DNA of 64,000 nucleotides from an uncultured virus (IMG/VR IMGVR_UViG_3300038679_000356) (Duplodnaviria; Heunggongvirae; Uroviricota; Caudoviricetes): IMG/VR virus record IMGVR_UViG_3300038679_000356. One strand, 5' to 3'. Numbering within the stretch: position 1 is the stretch's first letter; every line of letters starts with the position of its first letter. The notes beneath the pieces were generated by a model that had not been told where the DNA came from, ran no database searches, and saw only the letters and a list, made by a program, of their open reading frames with translations. Position numbers and translations under genes: made by a program. Positions 56,092-64,000 of the stretch are shown piece after piece.

Positions 56092-56408
56092 ACGATTGGC
56101 ATCCTTTTATATGTTTCGTTCCATGAGTTAAATTTTCCGTTCTGGTCCACCTTATCGGACCACTCCCATATGAAATCGAGATTGGCGTCGCACTTCCGAA
56201 CAATTTCAGCAAATGGCAATGACTGAAATCCTGGAAACTTATCCAGCACATCATGAATGTCCATTCCAATGGACGAAACAATCGATCCATTTTGAATTCC
56301 GTCCATAATGCTATCCACATCCATAATCACTTCTTCCACGGTCGATTGACGGGATTCTATGTTCTCCACTTCTCTCTCCAAGCTAAATTGATTTTGATGG
56401 TTTCCCAA
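56088..56408 (-). CDS. Hypothetical protein
   Basis: ATGA coupling to ligA; start uncertain. Confidence 0.5.
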   Translation of the reverse strand: MGNHQNQFSLEREVENIESRQSTVEEVIMDVDSIMDGIQNGSIVSSIGMDIHDVLDKFPGFQSLPFAEIVRKCDANLDFIWEWSDKVDQNGKFNSWNETYKRMPIV

Positions 56409-57939
56409 CCTTGTACTGTGACCCGTCTTCTGTCATCAAGTACAACTCCGCCTTGGGGCGGGTAAGAGCAACATACTCGCAGCATTGCTCCTGAAATTCC
56501 TGCCAGGGCTTCTGCCCTTTCCAACGCAATCTAACCTTTCCAGCGTCAATAAGGAAAACTCGATCAGCTTCAAGACCCTTTGCGCGGTGAATCGATGAAA
56601 AAATGATGGATTCTGGCGTTTCTTCAAACATCGATGCAATAATCGCCTTCATATTGATGACGTCCAATGGCTTCTTGTTCTCATAGATGCCAATGACCGC
56701 GTCGAAGAGATCGCCGATACGTTCCGCAGATTCATCTTCTCCGTCGTTTAGTAGTTTGTTGATTGCATTCATTTGCGCAATCCGAATGTCCGCATCAAAA
56801 CTTTTCCATGTATGCCCAGGCGTGGAGGTCACAGAGTCGACAAGATCAATCAAAGAGTCTTTAAGTTCTGCCCCTCTGATATAAGCGTTTTTCCCATCTG
56901 CAATAGCTTTCAAACACTCCACCATTAATGGAGCATTACGACGGCAAATAACCATATCTTTAGAGCGTAGCATTTTTGTTATGCTATGAACCTGTAACAC
57001 AACTCCTTTTGGAGCATTACTCCTTGGCTCGATAGCTGGAACAATTTTTCTTGCTAAATCAATGACCGATGACGGGCAACGATAGCAAATCGACAGGGGA
57101 AAGTCATTATTGGCAACTGACCCTATGCTTTGAAATGACCACGGATCTGCCCCTGTGAAGCCATAGATCGATTGATCCGGATCACCAACTGCCACGAGTC
57201 TCCCGGTTTTCTTCAAACTTGCGATGACAATTGCCAATTGCGCGGCAGATAAATCTTGCGCCTCATCAACCATCACCCATGAATATTGCCTCATGGGAAG
57301 TTTTTTGATCGCTGGGTAATAGATCATATCGGTAAAATCAATCAATCCTTCCGCAGCGCTCTTGTTACCCTGCTTAATGATATCTGGAATGTACTCGAAA
57401 ATGATATCCCTGGTTATCGAATCGTACGCCATCGTGTACGTAGAACACATTTTAACGAATGCCTGATGATCTTCCGGCGGACACATGGTAAAGCGTACCA
57501 TGTCAATCGTCTTTTTGAGCATCTTTACGATGCTCCCCTTAGTGTGCTCAAGCCCCTTAGCGTTGGTCTTTGATAAAATTGACGGAGCAACCCGAAAGCA
57601 GATATCCAAATACTTTTTGTTTTCTAGCTTTATCTTGCCGCAAGATGTACGTAATGCATCGTATCCAACGCTATGAATTGTCTTGCACGTGATCCCACCA
57701 GACAATCGACATGACAATTCCTCTTCAATGTGCTTATTGAACGCGCAAAATAAGGCGGTCCCATTGACTTGAGAAGAAGCGTCAACAATGGTTGATGTTT
57801 TACCAGAACCAGCCACTGCCTTAATCCTAGCCCCACCATCTCCTTTTACCATCCATTCAAAAACAGGAATCTGATATTTTGAAGGGACGTACGACGTCCG
57901 AGGCATGGTTGATTCCGTAATAGTGTCAAAAAAATCCAT
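56383..57939 (-). CDS. UvrD/Rep-like SF1 helicase
   Basis: AVAGSGKT, AFN, TIHS, VDEAQD, VGD..QSIYGF.GA, CYRC, SSIHRAKGLE, YVALTR; start moved to MDFFD. Confidence 0.93.
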   Translation of the reverse strand: MDFFDTITESTMPRTSYVPSKYQIPVFEWMVKGDGGARIKAVAGSGKTSTIVDASSQVNGTALFCAFNKHIEEELSCRLSGGITCKTIHSVGYDALRTSCGKIKLENKKYLDICFRVAPSILSKTNAKGLEHTKGSIVKMLKKTIDMVRFTMCPPEDHQAFVKMCSTYTMAYDSITRDIIFEYIPDIIKQGNKSAAEGLIDFTDMIYYPAIKKLPMRQYSWVMVDEAQDLSAAQLAIVIASLKKTGRLVAVGDPDQSIYGFTGADPWSFQSIGSVANNDFPLSICYRCPSSVIDLARKIVPAIEPRSNAPKGVVLQVHSITKMLRSKDMVICRRNAPLMVECLKAIADGKNAYIRGAELKDSLIDLVDSVTSTPGHTWKSFDADIRIAQMNAINKLLNDGEDESAERIGDLFDAVIGIYENKKPLDVINMKAIIASMFEETPESIIFSSIHRAKGLEADRVFLIDAGKVRLRWKGQKPWQEFQEQCCEYVALTRPKAELYLMTEDGSQYKVGKPSKSI

Positions 57940-57964
57940 GGTTTCTCTCTTGGTTCTCGAAAAA

Positions 57965-58309
57965 TTAACGGATGCCGGTGTATTTTTTGGGGCACAATAT
58001 TTTTTCGACACACCGTTTACATACCGCAATGCGGACGCCAGTCATGCCAAGTAGACGAACTCCCTCATGACTGATAACTTGTCCTTCAAAAATTAGATAT
58101 TCCTCCGACTGTAATGGGAGCAATGTGTTGCATTGATCACACTTAATTGCTTGCACGGAAGTCTGGTCAACCCAAGATGAAGCTGTAGCTGCATCCTTTG
58201 CCCCCGACTTACATTTGCAAGAGCCTCCACAGCCATCAGTCGCTGTTTTACCGCTCCTACATGCTGTAGTCTCAGAATTTACAGAAACACCACTTTTATC
58301 AGTAAGCAT
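57965..58309 (-). CDS. Small Cys-rich hypothetical protein
   Basis: CGGSCKC, CDQC, CKRC. Confidence 0.55.
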   Translation of the reverse strand: MLTDKSGVSVNSETTACRSGKTATDGCGGSCKCKSGAKDAATASSWVDQTSVQAIKCDQCNTLLPLQSEEYLIFEGQVISHEGVRLLGMTGVRIAVCKRCVEKILCPKKYTGIR

Positions 58310-58335
58310 AAAAAAACCTCTCTTTTAGTTAAGAG

Positions 58336-58363
58336 AAAATACTATCTAACACAGTTGATTCAA
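58336..58363 (-). promoter_or_regulatory. Promoter TTGAAT-N16-TATTTT
   Basis: Direct read. Confidence 0.5.
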
Positions 58364-58367
58364 ATCA

Positions 58368-59456
58368 TCAACGAATAATGTTTCTCACGATAGATGTTCC
58401 TTCCTCGTACCATGGGATATCCATTCTCTCTGACATGCGAAGCAAAACATCATCATTGATTCTCGTTGGACGCTTACTGTTCCATTCAAGAATATCATTA
58501 AAAGGACGCTCCATATGCATAAAATGAACGAGAAACCCCTTCTGATGTGACTGAGAGACATACTCCCGACGAGTCCGGCGCTTCAAGTTCAAGGCGTCAA
58601 AAACAAATGGTTGTCCACGCTCAAGAGAGTCAAAAAAACGCTGGCGAACGATTTCCGCAACACGCCCTTCCTGCTGTTGCCATTTAACGCCAAGCTCATT
58701 GCGAACCGCATCCGGCTCAATGACTGGGAGGTTTGAATTTTTTGACCAGGTGCTTTTTCCAGACCCAGGCAACCCACACATAAAATAAACTGGACCTTTC
58801 ATCGGGTGAGGGTTGAGGGTTCTTCCTCTACGAAGAAACATGCAGGCACCAACACCATCAACGGCAGGATCAATATATGGTGAGCCCCATATGCCAAGAC
58901 TAAGGCAACGCTCACGCCATTCCTTTGCCTTCGCATAATGCTGGGTCTTATCGACGCAAATGCGCCCACCGAGATCGGCGGCATAAAGGAGTCCAAGCAG
59001 CCGAGTGTCGCAAGCGATCGATATCGATTTACACACGAGATCATCCCCCTTGCGGAATCCCACAGCCATATGATTTGCAATAAGCCTGCAAATGAGTTCT
59101 CGGGTATCCACATCGAACTTGAATTCCGGAATGTCAGTTTTGTACATGAACTCTCTCGCCACAATACTGCCAATGTGCTCATGGGCGTGAGCTGTAATGC
59201 GTCCGTCTTCGGACACGGCAGTACACTGCGGCTTTCCGCAATCATGTAACAGAGCGGCTGTTTCCACGATCGTTTTCTGCTCGTTAGAAAGATCATCAAA
59301 CTCTTGCAATTCACGCAACGATTGGACAACCATTTTTGTGTGAACGAGAACATCCCCTTCAGCATGATATTTTGCGTCTTGCGAACACTTTTTCATTGAC
59401 GCAAATAATGGGATAGAATCAATCTTATTGAGATTAAAAGGAATATAACGGCTCAT
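58368..59456 (-). CDS. HD-domain phosphoesterase fused to P-loop polynucleotide kinase (HD-Pnk-like)
   Basis: HAEGDVLVHT, LLHDCGK, HE, NHM, AD..GR; GLPGSGKST, D..R, DA.N. Confidence 0.9.
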   Translation of the reverse strand: MSRYIPFNLNKIDSIPLFASMKKCSQDAKYHAEGDVLVHTKMVVQSLRELQEFDDLSNEQKTIVETAALLHDCGKPQCTAVSEDGRITAHAHEHIGSIVAREFMYKTDIPEFKFDVDTRELICRLIANHMAVGFRKGDDLVCKSISIACDTRLLGLLYAADLGGRICVDKTQHYAKAKEWRERCLSLGIWGSPYIDPAVDGVGACMFLRRGRTLNPHPMKGPVYFMCGLPGSGKSTWSKNSNLPVIEPDAVRNELGVKWQQQEGRVAEIVRQRFFDSLERGQPFVFDALNLKRRTRREYVSQSHQKGFLVHFMHMERPFNDILEWNSKRPTRINDDVLLRMSERMDIPWYEEGTSIVRNIIR

Positions 59457-59494
59457 TCATAACTCCTAAAATCGTTTAACGTCTCATCGATCAA

Positions 59495-59998
59495 TCAGGA
59501 ATCCTTCGTTTTCCCATAATGGCGCGCCACCCACTGACAAAGATCGTGATCAATACCGATCATCTCCAAGACAGCCAATCCATTCCCGATCGAAAGCATG
59601 GGAAACAGGCGTCCATCAATCGGCATCCGCTGTTCGGCACATGTCTTTCTGAGATCACACTCAGCCTGGCAATCCTCATCTCGAATCAAAATAAACATTG
59701 TTCCATCCGGACTAATGACAGCATCACCCGGAGACAGTCGCGCAGAAAGAAAAAGAAGACCAGGCATAGCTGCGTCTTCAATATGAATGGCTTCAAAATA
59801 AGACAGATCCCCATGTTCAATCGCCTCGACTCCAGCATTGGATGATTGCCCATAGCCAACATCCTGCATTGGCACTCGCAAGTAAGGGTCATATTCCGAG
59901 ATGGGTGGAGGAGAGGTGATCATCGTATTGCTGTATACCCCCTTATACTTCACCGCATAGTAGTGAACATCAACGAAAAACGCTTTCTCTTCTGACAT
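59495..59998 (-). CDS. Hypothetical protein
   Basis: AAGGAG RBS and its own promoter. Confidence 0.65.
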   Translation of the reverse strand: MSEEKAFFVDVHYYAVKYKGVYSNTMITSPPPISEYDPYLRVPMQDVGYGQSSNAGVEAIEHGDLSYFEAIHIEDAAMPGLLFLSARLSPGDAVISPDGTMFILIRDEDCQAECDLRKTCAEQRMPIDGRLFPMLSIGNGLAVLEMIGIDHDLCQWVARHYGKTKDS

Positions 59999-60024
59999 AT
60001 CTTACTCCTTGGTTTCTTAATATA

Positions 60025-60052
60025 ATTATATCCTACTTGCGTAAGAAGTCAA
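60025..60052 (-). promoter_or_regulatory. Promoter TTGACT-N16-TATAAT
   Basis: The -35 box contains the TGA stop of 60049..60630. Confidence 0.8.
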
Positions 60053-60630
60053 GGAGAACTTATGTCATATTTCGAAACAACAGATGAGATCCATTTTTTA
60101 TGATCAGCAGCAAAGCTGTAAAACTCATGTTGGAGCGAATTCCACCTTGAAGGAATCAATATACCGCCAGAACCGAAACCATTAACGTTACGATCCTGAT
60201 CATCAAACAAAAACTTATTCCCCAAAGGTTGTACCAATCCTTTATTGTAGGAAAATACAATGCGCTTTGTAGAAAGCTCAGGCATAAACTTCTTGATCCA
60301 ATGCATTTTGCCCGTGGCGCACGCTCCCATGGCATTCGGATTGCATTCATATGGTAGGGACGTGAGAACATGAATGTTCTCCCACTTTCCGTTCGCCAAA
60401 GTCAGTGCAGCATCAATCACTGAGTTCATCCATGGGGTCGGTGGAATATCACTCCACCATTGACAATTTAAACTTTCAAAAAAGTCAATTGCATCAACGT
60501 TGAAAATTGAAATAAAATCGAATGGGACCCCTTTCTTTTCATTGAGATCCACACAAGTTTTTTCAGCGATTTGACAACTCAAATCGACTAGAACATCGTC
60601 CATGTCAAGAAAAACACTCACTTTGTGCAT
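60049..60630 (-). CDS. HAD-family 5'(3')-deoxyribonucleotidase (NT5C-like)
   Basis: FLDMDDVLVD, VLTS, GK..W, K, LFDD...N. Confidence 0.88.
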   Translation of the reverse strand: MHKVSVFLDMDDVLVDLSCQIAEKTCVDLNEKKGVPFDFISIFNVDAIDFFESLNCQWWSDIPPTPWMNSVIDAALTLANGKWENIHVLTSLPYECNPNAMGACATGKMHWIKKFMPELSTKRIVFSYNKGLVQPLGNKFLFDDQDRNVNGFGSGGILIPSRWNSLQHEFYSFAADHKKWISSVVSKYDISSP

Positions 60631-61718
60631 CGTTCTCTCGCTTTTAAGTGGATGCGATAATATAACTTTTTAATTGACGCCACATCAACATTGTCCGGGA
60701 GATCTCTTTTGGGGAACTCTCGTTTTACATCTGCAAGCAATGAATTGGATAGGTCAGAAACCAACTTATATGTCGGCTTCCCCATTTTTATGTCCATTAC
60801 TTGTTTCTGCATCTCTCCTTCAAGTCTAACAAGCGGACTGCCTGTTCGCGCAATATTCAAACAAGAATACAGAAGACGAATACAATGAGACATGTTTTTC
60901 GCATCATACTTACGCTCTTCACCATCAACGTCAAACCACCGTTTGTCGTTCCGGCTATTTCTCCAGTCCCAATAGTTTTTCCAGTCTTCGCACGCTTTTT
61001 TGTAGCGCACTTCATCAAAAAGCATGATATATCGGAACTTTGATTCTTCATCATCCATAGGAATAGAAGAACATACTGGAGGTCCATCGTCTCGAAAGAC
61101 TCCTTTTGCTTCATCTCCGTAATAATACAGTCGATAGCAATTCGGCATATGCTCAACGGCTGCGGCGTTGTACTGTGATATATCTACGCCAGTCTCGTTT
61201 AATGGAACTGGACGCCATGGAGTGATAATGCCGTTGCTCATTACGTTAGAATAGAGATAGCACATGGAGGCACGAATGGGGCGATCGTGAGGTTGAGGAT
61301 TGTTTACCCATCGATTCTGTGATGAGGCACGCTTAATCTGTGACTCAGCATACCCGCAAAACGAATCCTCAGCCTTTTTCGTTACAAAGAGATCCCGAAC
61401 AGCAAGAACCTCATCCATTATAGACGAGGTTGACAGTACGTATTGGTCTGGAACATACAACAACTCAATGATGTTCGGATTACACGCCGCCAACAACTCA
61501 ATGAATCTCTTCATTTCGTAGTAAACAACATCATTGGTTCCAACATCAACTTGCTTTATTTGATCTGAAAGCAAGCCATTCGTAACAAAGTCGAAATCAT
61601 TGAGGAAGAATACTCCGCGAACGTCGGTATCACTCGTCGGCGTGGCAAGTCCGTATAATTTACTTCCAGTAATGCACGAGTATACGACATTGTTTGGAAC
61701 TTCATCAGATTTAGACAT
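60618..61718 (-). CDS. Pol-beta superfamily nucleotidyltransferase (RlaP/YcgL-like)
   Basis: TGSKLYGLATPTSDTDVRGVF, NPNIIELL, GYA..Q, YDAKNMSHCIRLL. Confidence 0.88.
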   Translation of the reverse strand: MSKSDEVPNNVVYSCITGSKLYGLATPTSDTDVRGVFFLNDFDFVTNGLLSDQIKQVDVGTNDVVYYEMKRFIELLAACNPNIIELLYVPDQYVLSTSSIMDEVLAVRDLFVTKKAEDSFCGYAESQIKRASSQNRWVNNPQPHDRPIRASMCYLYSNVMSNGIITPWRPVPLNETGVDISQYNAAAVEHMPNCYRLYYYGDEAKGVFRDDGPPVCSSIPMDDEESKFRYIMLFDEVRYKKACEDWKNYWDWRNSRNDKRWFDVDGEERKYDAKNMSHCIRLLYSCLNIARTGSPLVRLEGEMQKQVMDIKMGKPTYKLVSDLSNSLLADVKREFPKRDLPDNVDVASIKKLYYRIHLKARERCTK

Positions 61719-61747
61719 GAATAATCTCTCTTTATGCTGCTCTTGTA

Positions 61748-62668
61748 CTACTCTTTGTTATCTTGCCAAAAATGGGCAAGTCCTTCCTCGCACGTACATG
61801 CTGGATACCCACCTAAAATTCGATAGGTATCAAACACCTTTTCTGTACCACAAAAGCGGCATTTGCATAGCCATTTATACGAGCGTGCTAGATGTTTACT
61901 CAGCACAACGAACGATTCGGTTTCACGACCAACAAGGTTCTCCTCAGAATGGCAATGCTTCTTTCGACACTTTTTGCACATTGTACCGTGTTCGAGAAAC
62001 ACGATATTCATGTTTTTGAGGTTGCCGCAGTTCACGCACTCGCACTTCCATTCTGCCTGACCATAACGATTTCGTCCAACTTTCTCAACGACAGTCCAAG
62101 CGCCAACGCGACGACCAACAATATCCAATGACCGTTCCATCTTTGGGACGACGTAATCAACTATAGTAGATATATCCGCATCAGGAGGGACGATTACATA
62201 ATTATCCGACTCTTGAGAGTGATATACATCACCAGAAAACCCGATACACAACGACCATGAAACCTTGGAGTTCTTGAGAATTTGATTGCACTCACCAACT
62301 TTCTTCCAATAATCATCCTTGGCGGGAGAAACACATTGCAATTTACTCACAGGGCGTTTAAGCATATACAAGACGCCATCGAACTTGACGTTCTTCGAGA
62401 CCCATCGGAATGCGCCCTGCGCATCACGAGCTGATCGTATATACGTCCAATCGCCATCAACCTTGCCGGTGCGATCTTCTCTCGAAATGCAGCCACACGA
62501 CTGCGTCGCTCCTTGGCGCAGTTTGCCGCCGCCAACGTGACGCATGATCCCGCATTCACACTGGCATAGCCAGGCAATTGCTGTTCGACTTTTGTACTGG
62601 GGCTGCCCGACGACAGTCCACTTTCCCACCCTCATCCCGGTCATATCAATTGAATGATTAGCTTTCAT
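61748..62668 (-). CDS. Protein with four homing-endonuclease-associated (D.TG..G.WTV...W.C.C.CG) repeats and no visible nuclease domain
   Basis: Repeats start at DMTG, DRTG, DIVG and NLVG. Confidence 0.7.
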   Translation of the reverse strand: MKANHSIDMTGMRVGKWTVVGQPQYKSRTAIAWLCQCECGIMRHVGGGKLRQGATQSCGCISREDRTGKVDGDWTYIRSARDAQGAFRWVSKNVKFDGVLYMLKRPVSKLQCVSPAKDDYWKKVGECNQILKNSKVSWSLCIGFSGDVYHSQESDNYVIVPPDADISTIVDYVVPKMERSLDIVGRRVGAWTVVEKVGRNRYGQAEWKCECVNCGNLKNMNIVFLEHGTMCKKCRKKHCHSEENLVGRETESFVVLSKHLARSYKWLCKCRFCGTEKVFDTYRILGGYPACTCEEGLAHFWQDNKE

Positions 62669-62712
62669 ACTTCCTTCTGTTCCTCTGTGTAGTGGGTTCT
62701 ATAGTTACGGTT

Positions 62713-62740
62713 AATATATACTAAGTTTTTAGAAAATCAA
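62713..62740 (-). promoter_or_regulatory. Promoter TTGATT-N16-TATATT
   Basis: The -35 box contains the TGA stop of the NYN gene. Confidence 0.75.
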
Positions 62741-63720
62741 GTTTCTTCTGGAGTACCCCTATTCGCAAATCTTGTACGTATGTCATTATTCATCCCAAGC
62801 GAAACAGATCCAGAGCGAAGTATTTCGAGAATTGAACACACAAACGACAGGTCATCACAGGTCAGTCCATCTGCACCGATTGATTCAAGGCAATCCTTCA
62901 TGGAACCGACAATTCCGCGATGCACCATCAGTTTACACATACCATAGGCGTTCATCAGTTTTCCCATTGTCGATATAGCAGTCATCATAACTAATCTGCG
63001 TCGCGCCTTATCTTCAAATATTTTACCGGCTTCATAAAAACTGGCGTTGACTTCCTCTAACGCAGAAGATGCCAGGGCTATAGATGCATCTTTTTCCTTA
63101 TGATTTGTCTCGCTTTCTGGAACTTTTGCTGACCACTCATGCAAATCAATAATTTCATCGGCGTTCATCTTCAATTTGACTGACATGTATTGTTGCACAG
63201 AGGCGACTGCGACACGAGCCCCACATTCGCGCATTGACACCAGGAGAGGTTCAAAATCACCATCGGCGCTAACCAAGATGAAGCAGTCGTATTTCCCACG
63301 GTGGAAAATTTCCATGGATTTGACAACGAGTTGAACATCAACATCAGCTTTCCCGTTGCGACGTTCGGTGGTATATACCATATACCCATAGTAACGAAGC
63401 ATGTTATGAAGATTATGCGTTCTGACGTATGAATCGCGATCTTCTCCAGGGTTAGAGATGGGGGCGAAGCATATCGGCGTACAATCGTCATTTGGGTTGA
63501 CGAGATAGTTCTTCAATTCGGAGTAATCACCTCCGATCGGACCAATTCGCCCATTATCAGCATGAACACTTTTCATCTGGCAATATAGGTTGGCAAGATC
63601 AACGGCAATCAGTGTTCTCCCCCTCGTTTTTATCTTCTCCACTTTTTCTACCTCTATTTGAGGTGAAGGGAGTTTTTCTGCTTGATCACGATCTTTTTTA
63701 GGGTTTTTTCTTCTTGACAT
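62737..63720 (-). CDS. NYN (LabA/DUF88) domain ribonuclease-like protein
   Basis: VDLANL, KADVDVQL, LVSADGDFEPL, G.RV, S..L...AD.IIDL; start moved to MSRRK. Confidence 0.88.
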   Translation of the reverse strand: MSRRKNPKKDRDQAEKLPSPQIEVEKVEKIKTRGRTLIAVDLANLYCQMKSVHADNGRIGPIGGDYSELKNYLVNPNDDCTPICFAPISNPGEDRDSYVRTHNLHNMLRYYGYMVYTTERRNGKADVDVQLVVKSMEIFHRGKYDCFILVSADGDFEPLLVSMRECGARVAVASVQQYMSVKLKMNADEIIDLHEWSAKVPESETNHKEKDASIALASSALEEVNASFYEAGKIFEDKARRRLVMMTAISTMGKLMNAYGMCKLMVHRGIVGSMKDCLESIGADGLTCDDLSFVCSILEILRSGSVSLGMNNDIRTRFANRGTPEET

Positions 63721-63799
63721 TTTATTTCTCTCTTGTTTCTTTTTGAAGATATTATAGTCCGCCACACTCTCATCATTCAAAAATACCGTGTATACGCAC

Positions 63800-63838
63800 A
63801 AAAACAAGAAGGGCGGATGCTTTTGCAACCGCCCTTCT
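63800..63838 (-). terminator. Rho-independent terminator after hsp20
   Basis: AGAAGGGCGG/CCGCCCTTCT 10-bp stem followed by TGTTTTT on the minus strand. Confidence 0.8.
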
Positions 63839-63857
63839 CACGGGATAATTGGCTGGA

Positions 63858-64000
63858 TTAAGCAGCCAATACTTTGATCTTTTTGCCCGCCTTTGATTTT
63901 ACAAGCGGTAAGTTGATCGTCAGAATACCATCAACAACCTTTGCTGAGATTGCTTCAGCATCAAATTCACTACCGACCCGGAAAACCTTAGAAAAGGCTT
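63858..64000 (-). CDS. Hsp20/alpha-crystallin small heat-shock protein, C-terminal part (absent from ORF track)
   Basis: Hand translation: AFSKVFRVGSEFDAEAISAKVVDGILTINLP...KKIKV (A..DG.L.I.LP and IxV motifs). Confidence 0.85.
   Translation of the reverse strand, partial: AFSKVFRVGSEFDAEAISAKVVDGILTINLPLVKSKAGKKIKVLAA

Noticed and set aside
1..64000. Stop-codon reassignment, as in some huge phages
   Set aside because: Conserved enzymes (LigA, UvrD, Rnl1, Dam, Thg1) are full length under the standard code, and TAA, TAG and TGA all end genes.
1..64000. Eukaryotic giant virus or cellular chromosome origin (ankyrin, Cys-rich and poly-Ser proteins)
   Set aside because: A sigma70 factor, -35/-10 promoters, SD sequences, ATGA coupling and tail-fibre domains point to a bacteriophage, and there are no housekeeping operons.

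Overview
This window looks like part of a very large (jumbo or huge) tailed-bacteriophage genome. It is densely coding, mostly on the minus strand, and reads in the standard genetic code; no rRNA, tRNA, CRISPR array or integrase was seen. There are three zones. (1) 1-15 kb: small accessory genes, including a SAM methyltransferase, a Dam-like methylase, HD, SLOG and ankyrin proteins, an ADP-ribosyltransferase-like protein, and a candidate structured RNA at about 1.32-1.42 kb. (2) 15-41 kb: two divergent clusters of putative virion fibre/adhesin genes with LamG, beta-helix, Gly-rich, Mtd-N, Calx-like, Cys-rich and poly-Ser parts. (3) 42-64 kb: a sigma factor, T4 Rnl1-type RNA ligase, Thg1-like polymerase, HD-Pnk, Pol-beta-type nucleotidyltransferase, NAD-dependent DNA ligase, UvrD helicase, NYN protein and Hsp20. 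The most striking pattern is in the adhesin clusters, which appear to be joined by several plug-and-socket modules split between separate gene products. These are a 3-Cys N-terminal socket in five proteins with lone YxYxxC strands held on poly-Ser tethers, a DUF2341-like domain split across an ATGA gene junction, and triple-DGG tails placed just before Mtd-N genes. Together they suggest a branched, modular fibre assembly system, which is my inference. A promoter family TTGAHW-N16-TATAWT also recurs, and in seven cases its -35 box is built from the upstream gene's TGA stop. All family assignments come from motifs recognised by eye; no database searches were run.
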